DNA from: Arenicellales bacterium
GTDB taxonomy: Bacteria; Pseudomonadota; Gammaproteobacteria; Arenicellales; Poriferihabitantaceae
Length of the DNA stretch: 64,000 nucleotides
NCBI GenBank assembly: GCA_963665165.1
Contig: OY761989.1
Location: 679,976-743,975 of the forward strand
Direction of reading: 5' to 3'
In this document: positions 46,257-54,925 of the stretch, in pieces
Layout of the letters: every line of letters begins with the position of its first letter
How positions within the stretch are numbered: position 1 is the first letter of the stretch
Translations under genes and position numbers: made by a program
Notes under the pieces: model-generated
Databases searched by the model: none
What the model was told of the DNA's origin: nothing
The model's input: the letters and a program-made list of their open reading frames with translations, nothing else

Positions 46257-46814
46257 TCAGACAAAATGAGCGCGGGGGGTCGAGAATACCCGTTCCACCA
46301 TCGGGCGGAAAAATTCCAGGGGTTTCGAGTCAAAATCCGGATCGAAGCAGTTTTGATCGTAATTCTCGCAAAAGTCGACACAGTCCTGGTACCACTTGTG
46401 TTCCCTGAAGCGGTCCCTCGCATTCCGGTCCTTGTCGAAATGATGGGCATAGTACCAGGTCTGGAACAAACCGTGATGTTTGATAATCCAGTAGATCTTT
46501 TCTGAGACATAAGGGCGCAGTATCGCGGCCGCCATTTCGCTGTGAGAGCAGGGCGCGAGGTGGTCGCCGATGTCGTGCAGCAGGGCGGCTACCACCATTT
46601 GTTCGGATTCTCCCGCGGCCAGAGCCCGGGTGGCGGACTGCAAGGAGTGCTCCAGTCTGCTGACCCTGTAGCCGGAAAAGGAATATTCGAGGTCTGCCAG
46701 CGCTGTCATCAGCCGGTCGGGCAGCGCTTTTGCGTGTTCTTTCTCGTGGTTGGCGAGGAAAGCATATTCTTCGGCGGTGCCGTCGATCATATGAACGAAG
46801 TTGACCGTGTCCAC
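46257..46814 (-). CDS. HD-domain protein of the COG4341 (PhnZ-like) type
   Basis: 'ALLHDIGDHL', 'IIKHHGLFQTWYYAHH' and 'FCENYDQNCFDPDFDSKPLEFF' match the short HD proteins I recall for this group. Confidence 0.65.
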   Translation of the reverse strand: MDTVNFVHMIDGTAEEYAFLANHEKEHAKALPDRLMTALADLEYSFSGYRVSRLEHSLQSATRALAAGESEQMVVAALLHDIGDHLAPCSHSEMAAAILRPYVSEKIYWIIKHHGLFQTWYYAHHFDKDRNARDRFREHKWYQDCVDFCENYDQNCFDPDFDSKPLEFFRPMVERVFSTPRAHFV

Positions 46815-46844
46815 GGTTCATGTCCTCCGGGTTGCAGGTTTCAT

Positions 46845-47189
46845 CTACAAAATCTCCAAAATGTTTTCCGGCGGCCGGCCAATCGCCGCCTTGCCATTGT
46901 TGACGACTATCGGGCGTTCGAGCAGTTTCGGGTGGTTGACCAGGATTCTCAGCCATTCATCCTCATCGGGAGTCCGGTTCGCCAGACCCAATTCCCGGTA
47001 CAGGGCTTCGCCCTTGCGAATGATGCCGCTGGCCGGGCATCCAAGCATATCGACAATGTCCCGGAGAGTATCGGCATCCGGTGGTTGTTCGAGATAAAGG
47101 ACGACTTCCGGGGTGATTCCGGCGTCTTCAATCAGCTTCATGGTCGCCCTTGATTTGGAACAGCGTGGATTATGGTAAATGGTCGCCAT
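46845..47189 (-). CDS. arsC: Arsenate reductase (glutaredoxin-coupled ArsC/Spx family)
   Basis: 'MATIYHNPRCSKSRATMKLIE' with the catalytic Cys, and 'LLERPIVV'. Start set at ATG 47189. Confidence 0.8.
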   Translation of the reverse strand: MATIYHNPRCSKSRATMKLIEDAGITPEVVLYLEQPPDADTLRDIVDMLGCPASGIIRKGEALYRELGLANRTPDEDEWLRILVNHPKLLERPIVVNNGKAAIGRPPENILEIL

Positions 47190-47318
47190 CAACAGCCTCA
47201 GGGAATCCCGGTGATTGGAACTAAAGTCTAACCCGGTTTCCCTGAACCTGTCCAGACGCAAAACCGGCTCCCTCTCCCTGCCAAGTCAAACACCGGGCAC
47301 GACCGGGTCGCTGTCTCA

Positions 47319-48206
47319 TCACGGTGACAGCCGGGATTCCCGATGGAATATATAGACTCCGGAGCCGGTGATTATCAGGATCCCCACCCAGGTCAACAGG
47401 TCCGGGAAATCGTTGAACAATAGAAGACCGTAAATCGTGGCCCCGATGATTTCGACGTATTGAAACGGCGCCAGCACACCGACCGGGGCGTGGCGGAATG
47501 CATACACGACGAGCAAATGGCCGACGGTGGCAATCAGGCCCAATCCACCCAGCAGCAGCCATTGGCCGGTTGTCGGGTAAACCGCCGTCAGGATATCGAA
47601 TTGACTGTATGTACCGGCTAGCAGGGCGATACTCATCACCAGACAGCCGGACACTCCGGCAAGAAACTGTAGTCGGACGGGCTCTTCATAGCGGACCAGT
47701 TTCCGGGTCAGCAGGATGTAAAAGGAGAAACACAACGCGGCGCCAACCGGGTACATTACGGCCCAGCCCACTTCGGAAAAGGTCGGGCGAATGATGATCA
47801 TCGCTCCGCAAAACCCGATGGCAATGGCAGACAGTCGCCTGATTCCGATGCGTTCACCCAGAATAACGACCGATAACAGCGTGACCAGCATCGGTTCGAT
47901 AAAGAAAATGGAAATCGCTTCTGCGATTGGCAGGTAAATCAGCCCGGTAAAAAACAATACGGTTGCGGCGGCGATCAGTCCGCCCCGTATGGCGTGAAGG
48001 TGCAGCGTGGCGGTCAGCCAGGCTCCCCTTGTCCGGATAATGAACGGGAGCAGCAGAAGAAGCTGGAAGAAAAAGCGGCTCCATGAGATCTGGCCGGGAG
48101 AGATCGACCCTGCCAGCCATTTCGCGATGGCGTCAATGCCGGGCAATAACAGCATCGCGATGATCATCATCCACATCGCCCTGGCTGATTCGTTGTTCCT
48201 GCTCAC
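47319..48206 (-). CDS. EamA/DMT-superfamily transporter
   Basis: 295 aa, about 10 TM segments. Confidence 0.75.
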   Translation of the reverse strand: MSRNNESARAMWMMIIAMLLLPGIDAIAKWLAGSISPGQISWSRFFFQLLLLLPFIIRTRGAWLTATLHLHAIRGGLIAAATVLFFTGLIYLPIAEAISIFFIEPMLVTLLSVVILGERIGIRRLSAIAIGFCGAMIIIRPTFSEVGWAVMYPVGAALCFSFYILLTRKLVRYEEPVRLQFLAGVSGCLVMSIALLAGTYSQFDILTAVYPTTGQWLLLGGLGLIATVGHLLVVYAFRHAPVGVLAPFQYVEIIGATIYGLLLFNDFPDLLTWVGILIITGSGVYIFHRESRLSP

Positions 48207-48286
48207 AATAGGTTTGCCTGATTACGTTAATTCTGGTATATCGCCGGAATTGCAACGATCAGGCCGGAATCGAACCAGAAGAAGAG

Positions 48287-49195
48287 ATGATTACAGATCG
48301 TTATTATAATCTGATGCAACGTATCGTAGCCGGTGAACGCATCCTGATCGATGGCGCCACCGGGACTGAGGTGGAACGGCGCGGCGTTGTAAAAAACAGG
48401 AAAATCTGGAACGGGGCAGGCGCCTTGAGCAATCCGGACATCGTCCGTCAGATTCACGAGGATTATCTTCGTCTGGGCGCCGGGATTGTGATTTCGAACA
48501 CGTTCGGTAATTCCAGGGGGGCGCTTGAGAATGCGGGATTGGGTCAGCAGTTCGAGTTTTTGAACCGGCGTGGAGTGGAGTTGGCTGTGGAGGCGCGGGA
48601 TCATGCCGGGACACCGGATGCCCTGGTCGCCGGAGGGATCACTCATTGGGTCTGGACGGGCGCCCCGCCGCCCCTGGATGAGCTGCATAGCGGCGTCGAG
48701 GCGCAGGCGGCCATCATGAAGCAGGCGGGCGCCGACCTGCTGATGCTCGAAATGATGGTGGATATTCCCCGCATGCTGGTGGTACTCGAGGCTGCGCAAA
48801 GCTGCGGACTGCCGGTCTGGGTCGGGCTTTCCTGCGAACCGAAAGCAGATGGAGTGATGCACTTGCTGGAAGGGGAACCCCTGGTCGAGGCATTGTCCGG
48901 GTTGCAGGACAAACAGGCGCCGTTGGTCAATGTGATGCACACGGAAGTCAAGTACATTGATGAGTGCCTGGATATAGTCCAGGAAAACTGGTCCGGGCCG
49001 GTTGGCGTATATGCCCATACCGGACGCTCGGTTGATTTGGACTGGGTTTTCGATGGCACGATTTCCCCTGAAGATTATGCGATTGCCTGTAAACGCTGGC
49101 TGGACCGCGGTGTCCAGGTGATCGGCGGGTGTTGCGGGATACGCGCCGAGCATATTTGTACGCTCAGGGAGATGATGCAGGCCGACCGGCCATAG
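48287..49195 (+). CDS. Homocysteine S-methyltransferase-family protein
   Basis: 'ILIDGATGTEVERRG', 'ISNTFGNS' and the zinc-ligand context 'VIGGCCGIRAEHI'. Confidence 0.8.
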   Translation: MITDRYYNLMQRIVAGERILIDGATGTEVERRGVVKNRKIWNGAGALSNPDIVRQIHEDYLRLGAGIVISNTFGNSRGALENAGLGQQFEFLNRRGVELAVEARDHAGTPDALVAGGITHWVWTGAPPPLDELHSGVEAQAAIMKQAGADLLMLEMMVDIPRMLVVLEAAQSCGLPVWVGLSCEPKADGVMHLLEGEPLVEALSGLQDKQAPLVNVMHTEVKYIDECLDIVQENWSGPVGVYAHTGRSVDLDWVFDGTISPEDYAIACKRWLDRGVQVIGGCCGIRAEHICTLREMMQADRP

Positions 49196-49253
49196 CCTTC
49201 CGGCATTGCCGCCGGTTATATCCAGGGCTCGCCGGAATCGGAACCGGCAGGGA

Positions 49254-51866
49254 TTATTCGCTCATTTTCGGCGCTCTTCTGCGTTGCGACCACCAGACCA
49301 GCGCCAGCAGGAAAATCGCGGGGAGGTAAAACACCTCTTTGGGTACACGGTCTTTTGCGATTCTGATGGTGCTCAATTCCACCGGATGATCCGTGTAGTA
49401 GTCGAAGGTCTTGCCGATGGTTTCAAAGAAGGGCGATCCGGGAAAGGGTTCTTCAATAATCGCGCGGCCGTCTTCCACAATGACCGTAAGTCCGGCTTTT
49501 TCCAGTCTCTCGACCGCCTCGGTCTGGTCACCCATCGGAACCAGGATGGTTGTGCTGGTGATTTCGCCGGTATCGAAATCAGGGCCGGTTACCACCATGG
49601 TCAGCGTCCCGTCCGGGGTTGCGCTATCGACCACTTCATAAACTTTGGCCGGTTGGATTTCCTCGAATGGCTGGTCTACCCTGTCCAGCCAGAAACCGGG
49701 GCGAAACAGGGTGAAGGCGACCAGCAGCAGTACCAGGGATTCCCAGACCTTGTTTCGGGTCAACAACCAGCCCTGGGTCGCCGAGGCGAACAGCATCATG
49801 GCGATGACGGCGACAACGAATACGAATACGGCCTTCAGCGGCGACACATTGATCAGCAGCAGTTCAGTGTTGAAAATAAACAGGAACGGCAGCAGGGCGG
49901 TGCGAATATCATAGGCAAACCCCTGGATCCCGGTTTTGATCGGATCTCCCTTGGAAATCGCCGCCGCCGCAAACGCCGCAAGCCCGACCGGAGGGGTGTC
50001 GTCCGCCAGGATGCCAAAATAAAATACAAACAAGTGCACGGCAATCAACGGAACCAGCAAGCCATTGGCCGCTCCCAGGGTGATGATAACCGGGGCCATC
50101 AACGAGGAGACGACGATATAGTTGGCTGTCGTAGGCAGTCCCATGCCGAGGATCAGGCTCATCACGGCGACCAGCAATAACATCACGATCAGGTATCCGC
50201 CGGACAGGAACTCTACAAATTCGCCGACGACCTGATGGGCGCCGGTCAATGATATGGTTCCGACTATAATCCCCGCCGCGCCGGTCGCCACCGAAATACT
50301 GATCATGTTGCGTGATCCTGCGATCATGCCGGAGACCCAGTCATTCTTGCCGATTTGAAATGCCGCCCGATAATTTCCGGTACCCCGGAAAAACGCTTTG
50401 ATCGGGTGTTGGGTCAGGGTCACGATGACCATCGCGATTGCCGCCCAGAATGCGGACAATCCCGGCGACAGCCGTTCGATCACGATACTCCAGATCAGGA
50501 TCACGATGGGCAGAATGAAATACAGGCCGGTGAGCGCCGTTTCTCCCGCTTTCGGCAGTTCGGTGATCGGTGCGTCCGGGGCGTCGACAACCAGGTCGGG
50601 TATTCTGGATGCGAGCTTCAGGAGAAACAGGTAAAACCCCGCGCAACCCGCCGCAACGATATAAAAGGCCGAAGCCGGCGCCACGACCTTGATCCAGCCG
50701 AGGCCGTAGTAAACCAGGATGCCAAGTAGTCCGATGCCGATGAATCCGCCCAGGAACCCCATCATTTTACGGGCGAAAGTCAGGGAGGAGGGAGGTTTGG
50801 GCAGTCCTTTCAGGTTCAGCTTCATGGCTTCGAGATGAACGATGTAAAACAGCGCGATATAGGATACCAGCGCGGGCACCAGCGCGTGTTTCAGTATTTC
50901 CTGGTAGCTGATGCCGGTAAATTCCGCGATCAGGAATGCCGCGGCCCCCATGACCGGAGGGGTCAACTGGCCGTTGGTTGAGGAGGCCACTTCGACCGCA
51001 CCCGCCTTTTCAGGGGAAAATCCTGTGCGCTTCATCAGTGGAATGGTAAACGTCCCGGTGGTGACCGTGTTGGCGATGGATGATCCGGAGTACATGCCGC
51101 TCAGGGCCGATGCGACCACGGCCGCCTTGGCCGGTCCGCCCCGCAAATGCCCGAGCAGGGCAAAGGCGATCTTTATGAAAAAATTCCCCGCCCCCGCTTT
51201 TTCCAGAATGGAGCCAAACAGCACAAACAGGAAGATCAGGGTGGCTGAAACTCCGAGCGCGACGCCAAACACGCCTTCGTTCTGCATCCAGAAATGCCAC
51301 ATCGCCTTGCCATAGGACGCTCCCTTCCATTGAATCGTTTCGGGTAACCAGTCGGAGTTGCCAAAGAAAACATAAGAGACGAACACACTGGCGACGATCA
51401 ACAACGGAAGTCCGAGAGAACGATAGACCGTGATTCCAAGAATCAGCATACCGACGGTCGATGCGACCAGGTCGCTGGTTGTCGGCAATCCGGCGCGAAC
51501 CGCAATTTCGTTTCTAAGGACCACGATATACAGACAGCAGGCCACGCCGGCAATGGCCAGAACCCAGTCATACCAGGGGATTCGGGTCGTTGAACTGGAC
51601 TTGAACAGCGGGAAGGCAAGGGTGGCCAGGAAAAAGCCGAACGCGAGGTGGATCAACCTGGCGTTCGAGTTGGTGACGATGACACTGATTCCGGTCACAT
51701 CGGTCAGCCAGAACGGGAGATTGGATGCGATATAAAGTTGAAACAGGGCCCAGACAAACGCGACCGTGGCGATCAGTTTGCCTTCCCAGCCGACCGGGTT
51801 GCGGCCTCCGGTATCAACTGCAGAAAAATCCTCCAGGCTGCCTTGGGATTCTTTGTCTTGTGCCAT
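49254..51866 (-). CDS. TAXI-type TRAP transporter fused permease (with C-terminal DUF3394-like domain)
   Basis: 870 aa, polytopic. The N-terminus 'GKLIATVAFVWALFQLYIASN' is typical of fused 4TM/12TM TRAP permeases. Confidence 0.85.
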   Translation of the reverse strand: MAQDKESQGSLEDFSAVDTGGRNPVGWEGKLIATVAFVWALFQLYIASNLPFWLTDVTGISVIVTNSNARLIHLAFGFFLATLAFPLFKSSSTTRIPWYDWVLAIAGVACCLYIVVLRNEIAVRAGLPTTSDLVASTVGMLILGITVYRSLGLPLLIVASVFVSYVFFGNSDWLPETIQWKGASYGKAMWHFWMQNEGVFGVALGVSATLIFLFVLFGSILEKAGAGNFFIKIAFALLGHLRGGPAKAAVVASALSGMYSGSSIANTVTTGTFTIPLMKRTGFSPEKAGAVEVASSTNGQLTPPVMGAAAFLIAEFTGISYQEILKHALVPALVSYIALFYIVHLEAMKLNLKGLPKPPSSLTFARKMMGFLGGFIGIGLLGILVYYGLGWIKVVAPASAFYIVAAGCAGFYLFLLKLASRIPDLVVDAPDAPITELPKAGETALTGLYFILPIVILIWSIVIERLSPGLSAFWAAIAMVIVTLTQHPIKAFFRGTGNYRAAFQIGKNDWVSGMIAGSRNMISISVATGAAGIIVGTISLTGAHQVVGEFVEFLSGGYLIVMLLLVAVMSLILGMGLPTTANYIVVSSLMAPVIITLGAANGLLVPLIAVHLFVFYFGILADDTPPVGLAAFAAAAISKGDPIKTGIQGFAYDIRTALLPFLFIFNTELLLINVSPLKAVFVFVVAVIAMMLFASATQGWLLTRNKVWESLVLLLVAFTLFRPGFWLDRVDQPFEEIQPAKVYEVVDSATPDGTLTMVVTGPDFDTGEITSTTILVPMGDQTEAVERLEKAGLTVIVEDGRAIIEEPFPGSPFFETIGKTFDYYTDHPVELSTIRIAKDRVPKEVFYLPAIFLLALVWWSQRRRAPKMSE

Positions 51867-51940
51867 CTTTTCCTCGCTGAGAATCGTTTACTTCAATATC
51901 GGGTTCAATTTCCCTGGTGATGTCCGTTTTCCCGGAGCCA

Positions 51941-51979
51941 GAAACAAAAAGCCCTCCCGAATTTCGCAGGAGGGCTTTT
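51941..51979 (-). terminator. Rho-independent terminator/attenuator between the TAXI binding-protein and permease genes
   Basis: Minus-strand hairpin GCCCUCC-11 nt-GGAGGGC (51951-57 / 51969-75) followed by UUUUUGUUU. Confidence 0.6.
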
Positions 51980-52005
51980 CGGGCTGTAACCGGTATCCGG
52001 CAGAA

Positions 52006-52977
52006 TTACATCCAGCCGCGTTCCTTGTAATACTTTTCCGCGCCCGGATGCAGCGGGGCTGAAAGGGAGTCGGAAATCATTTCCGCCTCGCTCAGGTTTC
52101 CGAATGCGGGATGCAGCTTCTTGAAGTCTTCGAAGTTTTCAAATACGGCCTTGACCACGACATAGACGACCTCGTCGGGGACATCGGCGCTGGAAACGAA
52201 GGTGGCTCCGACCCCGAAAGTCTGGATGGCATTCTCGTTATTGTACATACCCGCTGGAATCGAGGCGGTTCGATAGTACGGGTTGTCGGCCACCAGCTTG
52301 TCGATAGCCGCTCCTTCAACGTGGACCAGGTGGGCATCGCAGGTTGCCAGGGATTCCTGGGTCAGGGCGGACGGGTGGCCGACCAGCCAGAAATAGGCGT
52401 CGATCTTGCCATCGCATACCGCCTGTCCGGTTTCAGCTGACTTCATTTCCGCTGCCAGTTTGAGATCGCTGCGTTCCCAGCCGAGCGCTTCTTCAATGAC
52501 TTCCCAGGTGCCCCGGGTGCCGGAACCGGGATTGCCGATATTCAGGCGTTTGCCCTTGGCGTCGGTCAGGGTATTGATTCCGGATGCGTCGCTGGCGATG
52601 ACGGTAACCGGTTCCGGGTGGACCGAGAAGACAGCGCGCAGATTTTCGAATGCGCCCTGGTCCTCGAATTTCGAAGTGCCGTGGTAAGCGTGATATTGCC
52701 AGTCGGATTGCGCCACGCCAAATTCGAGTTCTCCGGCCCGGATGGTATTGATATTATAAATCGAGCCACCGGTCGATTCCGCCGAGCAACGAATGCCGTG
52801 TTCCTTGCGGTTCTTGTTGACCAGTCTGCAAATGGCGCCGCCGGTCGGGTAGTAAACGCCGGTCACACCGCCTGTACCGATGGAGATAAACTGTTGCTGG
52901 GCATGGGCGGTCATTGCGCTCATGCCGGTCACAGCCATTCCTGTGGCAATGATCGAAGATAGAATCGTGTTTCTCAT
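52006..52977 (-). CDS. TAXI-family TRAP transporter solute-binding protein
   Basis: Signal peptide, then 'FISIGTGGVTGVYYPTGGAICRLVN', the TAXI (TTT-like) signature. Confidence 0.85.
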   Translation of the reverse strand: MRNTILSSIIATGMAVTGMSAMTAHAQQQFISIGTGGVTGVYYPTGGAICRLVNKNRKEHGIRCSAESTGGSIYNINTIRAGELEFGVAQSDWQYHAYHGTSKFEDQGAFENLRAVFSVHPEPVTVIASDASGINTLTDAKGKRLNIGNPGSGTRGTWEVIEEALGWERSDLKLAAEMKSAETGQAVCDGKIDAYFWLVGHPSALTQESLATCDAHLVHVEGAAIDKLVADNPYYRTASIPAGMYNNENAIQTFGVGATFVSSADVPDEVVYVVVKAVFENFEDFKKLHPAFGNLSEAEMISDSLSAPLHPGAEKYYKERGWM

Positions 52978-53050
52978 GATGATGCCTCTCTATAATGAAG
53001 GTGAAGTTATCAGATCGCCCACAGGATGAATGACCTGAACCTTTTTCGAT

Positions 53051-53090
53051 ATTACCAGCCTGCCCGTATCATTACCAGCCCGCCCGTATC
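53051..53090. repeat. Tandem 2 x 20-bp direct repeat
   Basis: ATTACCAGCCTGCCCGTATC / ATTACCAGCCCGCCCGTATC (1 mismatch), between the mttB-like stop and the TAXI gene start. Confidence 0.85.
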
Positions 53091-53170
53091 CGGGTCGTGG
53101 CAATCCTGCCATACTAACATCTTTGAGCGTCATCGTATACAACCGGAATTCTCTCCGTGCCGGATCCGGT

Positions 53171-54703
53171 CTATATGTTGGAATCCGGGAAAGAGGCCTT
53201 GCGCTTTGCGATGAACTCCAGCAGCGCTTCATCAATAGCCGGGTCGAGTTCCGGGGGCTGGTAGTCGTTCAGCATCTGTTTCCAGAGTTTGTTGGCGCGG
53301 GCTGTGGCGTCGTGCGAGCCTTCCATTTCCCATTGTTCGAAGCTGTTGTTGTCGGCGACGCTGGAACGGTAGAAGGCGGTTTTGAAATTCTCCTGGGTGT
53401 GGTTGCAACCGAGGAAATGCTGGCCCGGCCCGACTTCCCGGATCGCGCTCAGCGCCTGCCCGTTTTCTGAAAGATCCGTACCTGCGGCGAATACCTGCAT
53501 CATGCCGAGTTGATCCGCGTCCATGATCAGCTTTTCATAACATGAGGACAATCCGCCTTCCAGCCAGCCAGCCGCGTGCAGGACGAAGTTCACTCCCGCC
53601 ATGATCGCGGGCAGCAGGGTGTTGGCGCTTTCATAGGCGGCCTGGGCATCGGTGACCTTGGAGCCGCACAGCGAGCCGCCGCTTCGAAACGGCACGCCCA
53701 GCCGCCGGGCCAGGGCGGCGCAGCCATTGATTACCAGCGCCGGTTCCGGGGTGCCGAAAGTAGGCGCCCCGGATTGCATCGACATCGAGCTTGAGAACGT
53801 GCCGAAGATAACCGGACAGCCGGGGCGGACCAGTTGGGTGAATGCCATCCCGGTGAGCGCCTCGGCCAGGATTTGCGCCATGGTGCCGGCGGCGGTGACC
53901 GGCGACATGGCGCCGGAAAGAATAAAGGGGGAGACGATACTGGCCTGGTTGTTCCTTGCATACACTTCCGAGGCGCCCAGCATGGTTTCATCGAAAGTCA
54001 TCGGTGAGTTTGCGTTGATCAGGTTGATGACTACGGTATTTTGATCGACGAACTCTTCCCCGAACAGGATCTTGCACATGTCCACCGTATCCTGCGCTCT
54101 TTCCGGGTGGGTTACCGACCCCATGAAGGGTTTGTCGGAATACTTGATGTGGCTGTAGACCATGTCGAAGTGCCGCTTGTTGACCGGCAGATCGGTCGGT
54201 TCGCATACGGTGCCGCCGGAATGATGCAGTGAAGGCAACATCCAGGTCAGTTTGACCAGGTTGCGGAAATCCTCGATCATCGCGTAGCGCCGTCCCTTGT
54301 CGAGGTCGCGGATGAAAGGGGGGCCGTAAACCGGCGCGAATACGGTGGATTTGCCCCCGATCATGACGTTTCTCAGGGGATTCCTCGCTTTTTGTTCAAA
54401 AGTCCGCGGCGCGGAGTCCTGGATGATCTTCCGGCACAGGCCTTTCGGGAAACGTACCCGCTGGCCCTTGATATCCGCGCCGGCTTGCCTGAACAGTTTC
54501 AACGCCGGCGGATAGTGGTATTCGATACCGATTTCCTGCAGGATGGTATCGGCGTTGTCCTCGATCAGTGACAGGCCTTCTTCGTCCAGCATTACATACT
54601 CCGGTATTTTCCGGGTAATGAAGGGAGTGATCGCGGGAGCGGTTCCCTGCCCGCGTTCCTGTCTGGCGTGTCGGCCGCCGCGTTTTCTGGATGTTCTTGG
54701 CAT
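53171..54703 (-). CDS. Trimethylamine-methyltransferase (MttB) superfamily protein, non-pyrrolysine type
   Basis: About 510 aa. Collinear MttB-family blocks ('INANSPMTFDETML', 'VSPFILSGAMSPVT', 'MDADQLGMM', 'GPGQHFLGCNHT'). No in-frame TAG. Confidence 0.8.
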   Translation of the reverse strand: MPRTSRKRGGRHARQERGQGTAPAITPFITRKIPEYVMLDEEGLSLIEDNADTILQEIGIEYHYPPALKLFRQAGADIKGQRVRFPKGLCRKIIQDSAPRTFEQKARNPLRNVMIGGKSTVFAPVYGPPFIRDLDKGRRYAMIEDFRNLVKLTWMLPSLHHSGGTVCEPTDLPVNKRHFDMVYSHIKYSDKPFMGSVTHPERAQDTVDMCKILFGEEFVDQNTVVINLINANSPMTFDETMLGASEVYARNNQASIVSPFILSGAMSPVTAAGTMAQILAEALTGMAFTQLVRPGCPVIFGTFSSSMSMQSGAPTFGTPEPALVINGCAALARRLGVPFRSGGSLCGSKVTDAQAAYESANTLLPAIMAGVNFVLHAAGWLEGGLSSCYEKLIMDADQLGMMQVFAAGTDLSENGQALSAIREVGPGQHFLGCNHTQENFKTAFYRSSVADNNSFEQWEMEGSHDATARANKLWKQMLNDYQPPELDPAIDEALLEFIAKRKASFPDSNI

Positions 54704-54925
54704 ATTGGTTACGGTTTGTTGTCCGGGCAAAGGGTATGGGGGCATAATGCCGGCGACAGGCCATACTGCGGCCTGGAATTAACTGATTGCGCCACGCGCT
54801 TTATATGTACATAATATACCATTGACGTGTCACACAAGATACGCGCATGAGGGTGAATCCGTGAATGTCCGACAAGTACTCCAGCGCCTGCATCCCAACT
54901 GAAATTCGCCTGATCTGACCCTTTC

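Noticed and set aside
53171-54745. Possible pyrrolysine (in-frame UAG) in the MttB-family gene.
   Set aside because: The frame is uninterrupted from ATG 54703 to the terminal TAG at 53171-53173. No internal amber codon and no pyl genes were seen, so this is a non-Pyl family member.
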